DNA of 64,000 nucleotides, taken from contig DASYQD010000029.1 in assembly GCA_036005845.1 (NCBI GenBank), forward strand, positions 4,204 through 68,203, read 5' to 3'. Origin of the DNA: Thermoanaerobaculia bacterium (GTDB taxonomy: Bacteria; Acidobacteriota; Thermoanaerobaculia; Multivoradales; JAIOJS01). This document shows positions 31,230 to 39,425 of the stretch, piece after piece. Positions within the stretch are counted from its first letter, which is position 1. Each line of letters starts with the position of its first letter. Both the position numbers and the translations under genes were made by a program. The notes beneath the pieces are model-generated. The model was not told where the DNA came from. It did not search any database and saw only the letters and a list, made by a program, of their open reading frames with translations.

Positions 31230-33062
31230 ATGCGCACGACCCGCCTGCTCACCATCACGTCGCTCACCCTCGCCGGCGCCACCTTCGCGGCTTGCGCCGG
31301 CGGCACGGCGCCCACCACCGCTCCCGCCGCCGCCCCGGCCGCGACGCCGGCGCCCGTCGCCACGCCCCAGCCGACGCCGACGCCGCTCGCCGTGGCGCCG
31401 GACGTCGAGACCCGCGTCGCGCAGTTCGCGCGCACGCCACTGACCGCCGACATCACGGCGCTGCCGGCGAGCGAGAAGCAGGCGCTCGCCGAGTCGATCG
31501 CCGCGTCGCGCCTGCTCGATGAGGTCTACCTGCGCCAGGTGTGGACCGCCAATCCGGAGCTGCGCGACCGCGTCCTCGCCTACGACGGCCCCAACGCATC
31601 GGCGGCGCGCGAGTACTTCTCGATCAACTTCGGTCCCTGGGACCGCCTGAAGGGCTTCGAGCCCTTCATCGGCGACACGCCCCATCCGGATGGCGCCGGC
31701 TTCTATCCCGAAGGGCTCACCAAGGAGCAGTTCGAGGCCTGGCTCGCCTCGCACCCGGGCGACACCAACGCTTTCCGTTCCGGCTTCACGGTGATCCGCC
31801 GCCGCGACTCCGGCGAGCTCTACAGCCTGCCCTACTCGCAGGAGTACCGCGACCTGTTGCGCGGCGCGGCCGACCACCTGCGCAAAGCGGCGGCCGCCAC
31901 CACCAACGAGTCGCTGCGCCGCTTCCTGCGCACGCGCGCCGCCGCCTTCCTGTCCGACGACTACTACGAGAGCGACGTGGCATGGATGGACCTCGACGCA
32001 CCGGTCGAGGTGACGATCGGGCCCTACGAGACCTACGAGGACGGCCTCTTCGGCTACAAGACCGCCTTCGAGGCCTACGTCACCGTCGACATCCCCGCCG
32101 AGTCGAGCAAGCTCGCGGCGTACAAGGCCGAGCTGCCGTGGCTCGAGAGCAACCTGCCGATCCCCGAGGCGGACAAGAACAAGAACCGCGGCAGCGAGAG
32201 CCCGATCCGCGTCGTCGACCTCGTCTACTCCGCCGGCGACGGCAAGAAGGCGGTGCAGACCGTCGCCTTCAACCTTCCCAACGACGAGCGGGTGCGCGAG
32301 GCGAAGGGCAGCAAGAAGGTGCTGCTGCACAACATGCTTCGCGCCAAGTACGAGCAGATCCTGCGGCCGATCGCGGCGCGCACGCTGGCGACCGACCAGC
32401 TCCCGCACCTGGCGTTCGAGGCCTTCTTCAACGAGGTGCTGCACCACGAGCTCGGTCACGGGCTCGGACCGGGGCGGATCAAGAAGGACGGCAAGGACAC
32501 CGAGGTGCGGCTCGAGCTGCAGGAGCTCTACTCGCCGATCGAGGAGGCCAAGGCCGACGTGCTCGGCGTCTACGACATCCTCGCCCTCGTCAAGCGCGGC
32601 AAGATGCCGAAGGAGCTCGACGACACGGTGCCGCCGACCTACCTCGCCGGGCTGTTTCGCTCCGCGCGCTTCGGCGTGCACGAGGCGCACGGCAAGGGCG
32701 TCGTGTCGCAGTTCAACTACCTGCAGGAGCAGGGCGCCATCGCCGTCGACGCCGACGGCAAGTACCGCGTCGTCGAGGCGAAGTTCCCCGAGGCGATCAA
32801 GAAACTCCTCAACGCCTACCTCATGCTCGAGGCGCGCGGCGACTACGCCGGCACGCAGGCGTTCCTTGCCAAGTATGGGGAGCCGTCGCCGGCGCTCGAG
32901 GCCGCCATCGCACGGCTCACCGACGTGCCGGTCGACATCCGGCCGCTCTTCCCGCAGGCCGACGAGTTGATTCCGCCGCCGTCCGCTACCGCGGCCGCCG
33001 GCTCCACGACGTCGGGGCTCGCCATCGGCTCGCCTCTCTGGTTGGCGCCCGAAGGGCACTGA
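31230..33062 (+). CDS. secreted/lipoprotein M49-like (DPP III-like) zinc metallopeptidase
   Basis: HExxGH (HHELGHGLGP) plus downstream EEAKAD (EExxAE/D) pair characteristic of M49; GGAGG RBS; lipobox FAAC; 610 aa. Confidence 0.75.
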   Translation: MRTTRLLTITSLTLAGATFAACAGGTAPTTAPAAAPAATPAPVATPQPTPTPLAVAPDVETRVAQFARTPLTADITALPASEKQALAESIAASRLLDEVYLRQVWTANPELRDRVLAYDGPNASAAREYFSINFGPWDRLKGFEPFIGDTPHPDGAGFYPEGLTKEQFEAWLASHPGDTNAFRSGFTVIRRRDSGELYSLPYSQEYRDLLRGAADHLRKAAAATTNESLRRFLRTRAAAFLSDDYYESDVAWMDLDAPVEVTIGPYETYEDGLFGYKTAFEAYVTVDIPAESSKLAAYKAELPWLESNLPIPEADKNKNRGSESPIRVVDLVYSAGDGKKAVQTVAFNLPNDERVREAKGSKKVLLHNMLRAKYEQILRPIAARTLATDQLPHLAFEAFFNEVLHHELGHGLGPGRIKKDGKDTEVRLELQELYSPIEEAKADVLGVYDILALVKRGKMPKELDDTVPPTYLAGLFRSARFGVHEAHGKGVVSQFNYLQEQGAIAVDADGKYRVVEAKFPEAIKKLLNAYLMLEARGDYAGTQAFLAKYGEPSPALEAAIARLTDVPVDIRPLFPQADELIPPPSATAAAGSTTSGLAIGSPLWLAPEGH

Positions 33063-33125
33063 CCGCAGACGACTTGCCCTGGCTGGCAGGGAGCTTGCTC
33101 ATACGGCTGCCCTGGAGGAACGACT

Positions 33126-33347
33126 ATGTCCAGCTACGGCTTGTACGTCATCGGATATGTCGTGCTCATCGCGGGTCTTGCGTACGCCGCCTCGCTGTTG
33201 GGCGTCTCGCAGACGTGGATCGTGGTGGGCGCGGTCATCCTGCTCGGGATCGGCATCATCACCGGCGTGACGCGGGCGCGGCGCCCGGACACGCCCCCGA
33301 GCTCGACCCCGCCGGTCGAAACCGAACGCGTGATCGAGCGGCGGTAG
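33126..33347 (+). CDS. small membrane protein (2 TM)
   Basis: GGAGGAA RBS 6 nt before ATG; two hydrophobic helices; 73 aa. Confidence 0.5.
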   Translation: MSSYGLYVIGYVVLIAGLAYAASLLGVSQTWIVVGAVILLGIGIITGVTRARRPDTPPSSTPPVETERVIERR

Positions 33348-33457
33348 ACGCCAGGGCATCGAGATCGCTTCGTCGCTTCGCTCCTCGCGATGACGGTGGG
33401 TTGTCATCGCGAGCACTCTTTCGTACATAGCGAAGCGATCTCGATTCCGAACGCGTC

Positions 33458-34726
33458 TCAGCCGCTCCGGTGCACTACACGCCCCGCTTTGACTACCGCC
33501 GCCACCGGGTTGATCCCGTAGTGGTAGGCGAGGTGGAGGAGGTTGGGCGCGTCGAGCAGCACCAGGTCGGCGCGCTTGCCTTCTTCGATCGAGCCGATCT
33601 CTTCGCCGAGGCCGAGGCAGCAGGCGGCGTTGAGCGTCGCACCGGTCAACGCCTCTTCGATCGACAACCGCAGCTCGAAGACGCCGAGAAGGATCGCCAT
33701 CGGCATCGACTCGGTGTACGAGGAGCCGGGGTTGCAGTCGGTGGCGAGCGCCACCGGTACGCCGGCGCTGACGAGGCGGCGCGCCGGCGCGTAGGTGTGC
33801 TTCATCAGGAAGAACGACGTGCCGGGCAGCAGCACGGCGGTGACGGTGGAAGCGGCGAGGGCGTCGATGCCCGCGGGCGAGACCGCCATCAGGTGATCGG
33901 CGGAGAGCGCGTCGAGCTCGGCGGCGAGGGAGGCGCCGCCGGAGTCGACGAACTCGTCGGCGTGGAGGCGCGGCAGCAGGCCGTGCTCTTTGCCGGCGCG
34001 CAGGACCCGGCGCGACTCGTCGGCTGAGAAGACGCCGTGCTCGCAGAAGACGTCGCAGAAGCGGGCCAAGCCGCTCGCCGCGGCGGCGGGAACGATCTCC
34101 TCGCAGATGAGGTCGACGTAGCGGCCGCGGTCCTCGCGATGCTCGGGCGGCACCTCGTGCGCGGCGAGCAGCGTCGGCACGAGGTCCACCGGATGCGCCG
34201 CGGCGGCGCGGGCGATGGCGCGGAGCTGCTTGGTCTCGTCGGCGAGCGTGAGGCCATAGCCGCTCTTCGCTTCGGCCGTGGTGGTGCCGTGGACGAGCAT
34301 GCGGTCGAGGCGCTGCGTGACGAGCCGCGCCAGCTCCTCCTCGTCCGCGGCGCGCGTCGAGCGCACGGTGGAGAGGATGCCGCCACCCGCCGCGGCGATC
34401 TCCTGGTAGGTGCGCCCGGCGAGCCGCTGCGCGAACTCCTCCTCGCGCGTGCCTGCCCACGGCAGGTGCGTGTGCGGGTCGACGAAGCCGGGCACCAGCG
34501 TGCCGCCGTTGGCGTCGAGGCGGGGCACCTCGGGCAGCTCGCCGAAGCGGCGGCGGCGTTCGTCAGCGGTGCCGGCGAAGGCGATGCGGCCGTCGCGGCA
34601 GATCACTTCGGCGCCGCGCAGTCGCAGCACCTCGGCCTGCTCGCGGCCGCGGCGCGGAGTCGTGCCGCGCGGCGTCGCCAGCTCGGCGAGGTTGGTGATG
34701 AGGAGGTCGCCGGCGGCGTCGGGCAT
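33458..34726 (-). CDS. hutI: imidazolonepropionase-family amidohydrolase (HutI-like)
   Basis: GFVDPHTHL metal-binding motif, HutI-like C-terminus (..GKRADLVLLD..); ATG at 34726; no other hut genes in window. Confidence 0.75.
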   Translation of the reverse strand: MPDAAGDLLITNLAELATPRGTTPRRGREQAEVLRLRGAEVICRDGRIAFAGTADERRRRFGELPEVPRLDANGGTLVPGFVDPHTHLPWAGTREEEFAQRLAGRTYQEIAAAGGGILSTVRSTRAADEEELARLVTQRLDRMLVHGTTTAEAKSGYGLTLADETKQLRAIARAAAAHPVDLVPTLLAAHEVPPEHREDRGRYVDLICEEIVPAAAASGLARFCDVFCEHGVFSADESRRVLRAGKEHGLLPRLHADEFVDSGGASLAAELDALSADHLMAVSPAGIDALAASTVTAVLLPGTSFFLMKHTYAPARRLVSAGVPVALATDCNPGSSYTESMPMAILLGVFELRLSIEEALTGATLNAACCLGLGEEIGSIEEGKRADLVLLDAPNLLHLAYHYGINPVAAVVKAGRVVHRSG

Positions 34727-34773
34727 CCCGCCGCCCGCGCGCCCACTCACCGTGCTCTCGCCGGCGCCGCCGC

Positions 34774-35286
34774 TCACCCCTGCCGCTCGCGCGGCGGCAT
34801 CGGATGGATCGGGTGGATGGTGGCGCGGCGTTCCTGGTCCTCGGCCATGTCGGCCTCGAGGATGCGGGCGTAGAGCTCGATCGTGTTCTTGAGCTTCATC
34901 TGCAGCTCGCGGCGGCGGTGGCGCAGCTCGGCCATGCCGCGCTCGATGCCGGTCGTCTGCTCGATCGCCTGCTGCACGAGACGGTCGGCGGTGAGCTCGG
35001 CTTCCTTCACCAGCAGCTGTGCCTCGCGTTGCGCGTTGGCGAGGATCTCGTCGGACACCCGCTGCGCGCGCAGCAGCGTCTCCTGCAGCTCGCGCTCGCG
35101 CTCCTCGCCCTGGCGCAGTCGCGTCTCGCTGCGGTCGCGCTCCTCGCGTGCGCGCTCGACGTCGCCGAGCGCCCGCGCCAGCTCGTCGCTCACCTGGGCC
35201 AGGAACTCCTCCACCTCCGCCGGGTCGTAGCCGCGCAGGGCGTGGCCGAACCTCATCTTGCCAACGTCGAGCGGGGTGAGTGCCAT
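34774..35286 (-). CDS. divIVA: DivIVA-domain protein
   Basis: N-terminus MALTPLDVGKMRFGHALRGYDPAEVEEFL matches the DivIVA N-domain; coiled-coil remainder; GAGGT RBS. Confidence 0.85.
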   Translation of the reverse strand: MALTPLDVGKMRFGHALRGYDPAEVEEFLAQVSDELARALGDVERAREERDRSETRLRQGEERERELQETLLRAQRVSDEILANAQREAQLLVKEAELTADRLVQQAIEQTTGIERGMAELRHRRRELQMKLKNTIELYARILEADMAEDQERRATIHPIHPMPPRERQG

Positions 35287-35330
35287 GGATGTCGACCTCG
35301 TAAGCGACAGGAACACAAGATGTTAACACG

Positions 35331-35450
35331 CCCCCGCCGCGCGCCTAGCGCGCTGCCACCCCCTCCCGACCCCCTACCCTGTTTTTCGTTCCACCCCTGA
35401 CCCCCCCGTCCCCCTGCCCCTCAAGGGGCAGGGGGCGCCACCACCCGCCC
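35331..35450 (-). repeat. G-rich intergenic repeat copy R3 (reverse orientation core GGGGGGGTCAGGGGTGGAACGAAAAA) plus perfect 11-bp inverted repeat CCCCTGCCCCT-CA-AGGGGCAGGGG (35411-35436)
   Basis: Between yggS stop and divIVA start; shares core and the AGGGGCAGGGGG block with R1/R4. Confidence 0.65.
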
Positions 35451-35458
35451 GTGCCGGC

Positions 35459-36151
35459 TCACGAACCGCGCGGGCCGAAGAGCGCGGTGCCGACGCGAAC
35501 GTGGGTGGCGCCTTCTTCGATCGCCACCGCGAAGTCGTCGCTCATGCCCATCGACAGCCAGCCGGGGAAGGCCTCCCAACTCGGCGTGGCGGCGAGCTCG
35601 TCGCGCAGCGCGCGCAGCTTCTGGAACCACGGGCGCGATGCCTCGGCGTCGGGGCCGGGAGGCGGGATCGCCATCAGGCCGACGAGGCGCAGGCCCGCGA
35701 GCGCACGGAAGGGCGCTAGCGCCTGCGGCAAGCCGTCGGGCGCGAAGCCGTGCTTACTCGACTCGCCGCCGAGGTTGACCTCGACGAAGCCGTCGACCGT
35801 CGTGCCGCGCCGCTGTGCCTCAGCCGCGACCGCCGCCACGATCTTCGGCCGGTCGAGCGCATGGTAGGTGGTGAAGAGGTCCGCCGCTTGCCTCACCTTG
35901 TTCGACTGCAGCGGGCCGAGCAGGTGCCACTCCGCCTCGGCCAGCTCTGGTTGCTTCGATGCCGCCTCTTGCACGCGGTTCTCGCCGAAGGTGCGCACGC
36001 CGGCGTCCCACGCGGCGCGCAGCTTCTCGATCGGCTGGCTCTTCGAGGCGGCGACCAGCGTCACCGACGCCGGATCGCGACCGGCCGCCGTGCATGCGGC
36101 ATCGATGCGCTCGCGGATCGCCGCCACGCGCGCGGCGACGTCGTCGTCCAT
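35459..36151 (-). CDS. yggS: YggS-family pyridoxal phosphate homeostasis protein
   Basis: Alanine-racemase-N-like fold, conserved ..ASKSQP.. PLP-lysine region; ATG overlaps rnhA stop (TGATG). Confidence 0.88.
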   Translation of the reverse strand: MDDDVAARVAAIRERIDAACTAAGRDPASVTLVAASKSQPIEKLRAAWDAGVRTFGENRVQEAASKQPELAEAEWHLLGPLQSNKVRQAADLFTTYHALDRPKIVAAVAAEAQRRGTTVDGFVEVNLGGESSKHGFAPDGLPQALAPFRALAGLRLVGLMAIPPPGPDAEASRPWFQKLRALRDELAATPSWEAFPGWLSMGMSDDFAVAIEEGATHVRVGTALFGPRGS

Positions 36152-36585
36152 CAGCCCAACGCCGGCTGCAGCCACTCCGGCACCGGCAGCCGCTCGTCGA
36201 TGGCGCGGTTGCTGAGCAGATCGGCGCGCTTGTTCTCGGCTCGCGGCACGTGCTGGATGCGCACGCGCGGGATCTCGCGCCGCAGCGCGAGGGCGCGCAG
36301 GAACAGCGGCATCAGGTGCGGCGCCTTGACCTTGTAGGCGCCCAGCAGTTGCTTGACGACCAGCTCGCTGTCGCCGAAGAGCGACAGCTCCTCGACGCCG
36401 GCGCGCCGTGCCCAGGTGAGCGCGGCGAGCAGGCCGCTGTACTCGGCGACGTTGTTGGTGGTGCGGCCCAGGTAGCCGCCGTGCTCTTCGACTCCGCCGT
36501 CGCTCTCGACGACGAGGCCGAACCCCGCCTCGCCCGGGTTGCCGCGCGCGGCGCCGTCGAACCACGCCCGTGCCGAGCGGCTCAT
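36151..36585 (-). CDS. rnhA: ribonuclease HI
   Basis: DGAARGNPG, TNNVAEYSGL, HVPRAENKRADLLSN catalytic motifs of type-1 RNase H; 144 aa. Confidence 0.9.
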   Translation of the reverse strand: MSRSARAWFDGAARGNPGEAGFGLVVESDGGVEEHGGYLGRTTNNVAEYSGLLAALTWARRAGVEELSLFGDSELVVKQLLGAYKVKAPHLMPLFLRALALRREIPRVRIQHVPRAENKRADLLSNRAIDERLPVPEWLQPALG

Positions 36586-36597
36586 TCGCTGCGACGG

Positions 36598-36672
36598 AAG
36601 AGGGGCGGGTAGTGGCGCCCCCAGCCCCTAGAGGGGCAGGGGGGCGGGGGGTCAGGGGTGAGATGCAACCTA
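36598..36672 (+). repeat. G-rich intergenic repeat copy R4 (G4 motif GGGGCAGGGGGGCGGGGGGTCAGGGG plus core GGGGTGAGATGCAACC)
   Basis: Between rnhA start and Zn-ribbon gene stop; matches R1 almost base for base in the G4 block. Confidence 0.7.
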
Positions 36673-37440
36673 GCCCGCGTCCTCGGGGACATAGAGGAAG
36701 CGCCGGCAGCCGTCGCACTGCACCAGCGACCCCTTGTTGCGGATCTCGCCCACCACCTGCAGCCGCACGCGGTAGTTGCAGCCGCCGCAGTGGTAGATCG
36801 GGCCGCCAGGGGCGGTGCTCTTGCGCAGCGGCGCCACGGCGTCGCCGCCGCGGCGCTCGTAGACGCGCTCGAAGTTGGTGAGGGTGGCGCGCGGCAGCTC
36901 GGCGCGCAGCTGCGCCACCTCGGCGCGCAGCGTCTCCGCCTGCTGCTCGACGGCGGGGCGCTCGCTGTGCCACTGCGAGAGCGCCTGCTGGTAGCGGGTG
37001 TCGAGGTCGGCGAACGCGGCGCGCTCCTCGGTGAGCTTCTTCTGTGCCTGCTCGTAGCCGTCCATGCCGGCGAGGGCCTGCTCCTCGAGCCCCTTGATCG
37101 AGCCCTTGACGGTGTCGATCTCCTGCAGCAGGGCCGAGTACTCGCGTTGGGTGCGCACGAGGCTGATCTGCTGCTGGTAGTGCTTGAGCTTCTCGCTGGC
37201 GTCCTGGATGGCGGCTTCGGCCCGCCGGCGATCGTGCGCGGCGGTCTCGGCCGCCTCGCCGACGGCGGCGATCTCCGCCAGCCGCGCGCTGTGCTGGCTG
37301 TGCAGCTCCTCCATCCATTCGGGGACGCCGGAGAGCTGCTTCTCGGCGTGCCGCAGCGCGTCGAGCGCGGATTGCAGGCGCACTACGGTACCCAGATGCG
37401 TACGCAGGTGAGTCGTTGCGGTCGTCGTCGTCGTCTCCAT
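36670..37440 (-). CDS. COG1579-like zinc-ribbon coiled-coil protein
   Basis: Long coiled coil followed by C-terminal CxxC...CxxC ribbon (YHCGGCNYRV..VQCDGCRRFLY); conserved neighbour of rnhA in many genomes. Confidence 0.75.
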   Translation of the reverse strand: METTTTTATTHLRTHLGTVVRLQSALDALRHAEKQLSGVPEWMEELHSQHSARLAEIAAVGEAAETAAHDRRRAEAAIQDASEKLKHYQQQISLVRTQREYSALLQEIDTVKGSIKGLEEQALAGMDGYEQAQKKLTEERAAFADLDTRYQQALSQWHSERPAVEQQAETLRAEVAQLRAELPRATLTNFERVYERRGGDAVAPLRKSTAPGGPIYHCGGCNYRVRLQVVGEIRNKGSLVQCDGCRRFLYVPEDAG

Positions 37441-37549
37441 CGGCGCGAAACACCTCCCAAGCCTGAACCACGGCCGGTGGGGGCTGGACGCGGCGCCCGA
37501 CAGTCGTCAACGAGGATCCGACTCGAAACCGACGGGTCCACTGACCGAG

Positions 37550-37622
37550 TGGGTCCACCTGGATTCGAACCAGGGACCTGCCGGTTATGAGCCGGACGCT
37601 CTCACCGCTGAGCTATGGACCC
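37550..37622 (-). tRNA. tRNA-Met (anticodon CAU; elongator type, Ile2/lysidine type not excluded)
   Basis: Hand-folded cloverleaf: acceptor GGGTCCA/TGGACCC, D-stem GCTC/GAGC, anticodon loop CUCAUAA, T-arm CCTGG-TTCGAAT-CCAGG, discriminator A; G1-C72 paired so not initiator; CCA not encoded. Confidence 0.85.
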
Positions 37623-37649
37623 GGGAAGCCCCCGGCCACGGGATTTCGC

Positions 37650-37655
37650 AGTATA
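37650..37655 (-). promoter_or_regulatory. candidate -10 element (TATACT) upstream of tRNA-Met
   Basis: Only AT-rich hexamer in the tRNA upstream region, about 27 nt 5' of the mature end; weak TTAGGC -35-like 14 nt further upstream. Confidence 0.2.
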
Positions 37656-37764
37656 TCAAAGGGGTCGAGGCCTAACGGTCCTCCACGACATGGGCTGAAA
37701 AAGCCGCAGCGGTAGACTGCCGGGCCACTCCGCCGCGGGCCCTCGGCCGCGGTTTTCGCCGCCG

Positions 37765-39408
37765 ATGGGACCTCCTGCCGCCATGCCCGCCGAAGCCGTT
37801 GCCGAAGAGGCGGATGCCGGCGCCATCGGCGCGACGGCAGAGGGCCGGCGCGCAGCTGGGCGGGGCGCGGACGCGGACGATCGCGGCTCCAGCTTCAGCG
37901 CGCTCGCCAAGCGAGACGTGTGGGCCGTCGGGACCGCCTTCGCGTTGCTGCTGGCGATAGGCCTCGCCCAACACGAGATGTGGCGCGACGAGCTGCAGGC
38001 GTGGATGCTGGCGAAGAACAGCGCCACGCCGGCCGCGCTGCTCGCCAACATGCGGTACGAGGGGCATCCGGCGCTGTGGCACCTGCTGCTCTTCCCGCTG
38101 GCGCACGCGTTCGCGTCGCCGGTGGCGATGCAGGTGCTCCACTTCGCGATCGCGGTCGCGGGAGTGGCGGCGTTCCTCGCCTGGGCGCCCTTTCCGTTCG
38201 CGCTGCGCGCACTGTTCGCCGTCGGCTACCTGCCGCTCTTCGAATACGGCGTCATCAGCCGCAATTACGCGCTGGCGCTGCCGCTGCTGTGGGCGGTGTG
38301 CCGGCTGTGGCCGGCGGCGGGCGACGAAGCGCCGGTCGCGAGCGGGCGATCGCGACGCTGGGTCGCGCTCGGGGTCTGCCTCGGGGTGCTCGCCAACACG
38401 AACCCGTACGCATGGCTGCTCACGGCCGCGCTGTTGGCGGCGATCGCGTTCGATACCTGGCGCGATCGCGCGCGGCGCGGCGAAGTGGCGGCGGCGCCGA
38501 CGCGGCCGCTCGCCGGCGCGGCGATCGCGGCCGCCGGGCTGGCGCTCGCGTTCTGGCAGATGGTGCCGCCGCCCGACGCGCTCTACGCCGAGAACGTCGC
38601 GCGCTGGTCGGCGCCGCGCCTCTATCGCGTGCTCGGCACCGTGGTGACCGGCTACCTGCCGCTGCCCGACTGGCGCACCAGCACGCCCTGGAACAGCGCG
38701 CTCGTCTACCGGCTGCCGGCGCCGCTGCTCGCCGGCTTCGCCGTGGCGTGGCTCGTCGCCGCCTGGCTCCTGCTCGACTCGCGCGCGGCGCGTACGCTGT
38801 TCACGCTCGGCACCGGGGCGCTGCTCGGCTTCAGCTACCTGCGCTACATCGGCTGGGCGCGGCACCACGGGCACTACTTCCTCGTCTTCGTCGCCTGCTG
38901 CTGGCTGGCGGCGCGGCGGGACGACAGCGAGAAGGACGCACACCACCGGCTACGGCTGGCAGCCCTCGGCGTGCTGCTGGTGGTACATGTCGCGGCGGCG
39001 GCGTGGCTCTACGGCGCCGACCTCCGGCGCCCGTTCTCGGATGCCAAGGCGGTGGCGGCGCGGCTGGCGGCGCCGCCGCTTGCCGGGCTGCCGGTCGTCG
39101 GCTTCCCGGATGCGCCGCTGCCCGCCGTCGCCGCCTACCGCGGCGAGCCGATCGCCTCGCTGATCAGCGGGCGGCCGGTGCCGTTCGTGCTGTGGCGAGC
39201 CGGCGGCGAGCCGGGCCTGGGCGTCGACGCGGGCTGTGCGCTGTTCGAGGAGAGGACGCGCCGCAGCGGCGGCGCGCTCGCCTTCGTCGCGCCGCCGACG
39301 ACGCCGCCCTCGCTCTGTCGTGGTCTCGAGGCGCGGCAGGTCGGCGACGCGCCGCGGCCGCTGGTGCCCTCCGAGCAGCTCGCGACCTGGCGCGTGACGC
39401 TGCGGTGA
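37765..39408 (+). CDS. GT-C-fold membrane glycosyltransferase-like protein (ArnT/PMT-like)
   Basis: About 10 N-terminal TM helices; first-loop motif ..HEMWRDELQAW.. resembling the R-D/E-E motif of ArnT/PMT GT-C enzymes; C-terminal soluble domain; 547 aa. Confidence 0.55.
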   Translation: MGPPAAMPAEAVAEEADAGAIGATAEGRRAAGRGADADDRGSSFSALAKRDVWAVGTAFALLLAIGLAQHEMWRDELQAWMLAKNSATPAALLANMRYEGHPALWHLLLFPLAHAFASPVAMQVLHFAIAVAGVAAFLAWAPFPFALRALFAVGYLPLFEYGVISRNYALALPLLWAVCRLWPAAGDEAPVASGRSRRWVALGVCLGVLANTNPYAWLLTAALLAAIAFDTWRDRARRGEVAAAPTRPLAGAAIAAAGLALAFWQMVPPPDALYAENVARWSAPRLYRVLGTVVTGYLPLPDWRTSTPWNSALVYRLPAPLLAGFAVAWLVAAWLLLDSRAARTLFTLGTGALLGFSYLRYIGWARHHGHYFLVFVACCWLAARRDDSEKDAHHRLRLAALGVLLVVHVAAAAWLYGADLRRPFSDAKAVAARLAAPPLAGLPVVGFPDAPLPAVAAYRGEPIASLISGRPVPFVLWRAGGEPGLGVDAGCALFEERTRRSGGALAFVAPPTTPPSLCRGLEARQVGDAPRPLVPSEQLATWRVTLR

Positions 39409-39425
39409 GCGGAGGGCGGACGCGC

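Noticed and set aside
31224-33059. 611-aa minus-strand ORF
   Set aside because: It is fully antisense to the M49-like peptidase gene. The product is low-complexity, Arg/Gly/Ala-rich translation typical of high-GC antisense frames.
35340-35353. Apparent GCGCGCCTAGCGCGC palindrome inside repeat R3
   Set aside because: On checking, the two arms are not exact reverse complements (CCTAG vs CTAGG). It was not called as a separate element.
35459-37558. 699-aa minus-strand ORF spanning yggS, rnhA, the Zn-ribbon gene and into the tRNA
   Set aside because: It is a read-through frame. The three real genes are in other or partial frames with clear starts, and the ORF also overlaps the tRNA.
37550-37622. 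Initiator tRNA-fMet interpretation of the CAU tRNA
   Set aside because: Positions 1-72 are a G-C pair. The anticodon stem lacks the three consecutive G-C pairs, so an elongator (or Ile2) identity is more likely.
37441-37764. Possible genomic island integrated at tRNA-Met
   Set aside because: The GC content is native on both sides. The 3' side of the tRNA carries core genes (Zn-ribbon, rnhA, yggS). There are no integrase, direct repeats of the tRNA 3' end or mobile genes.
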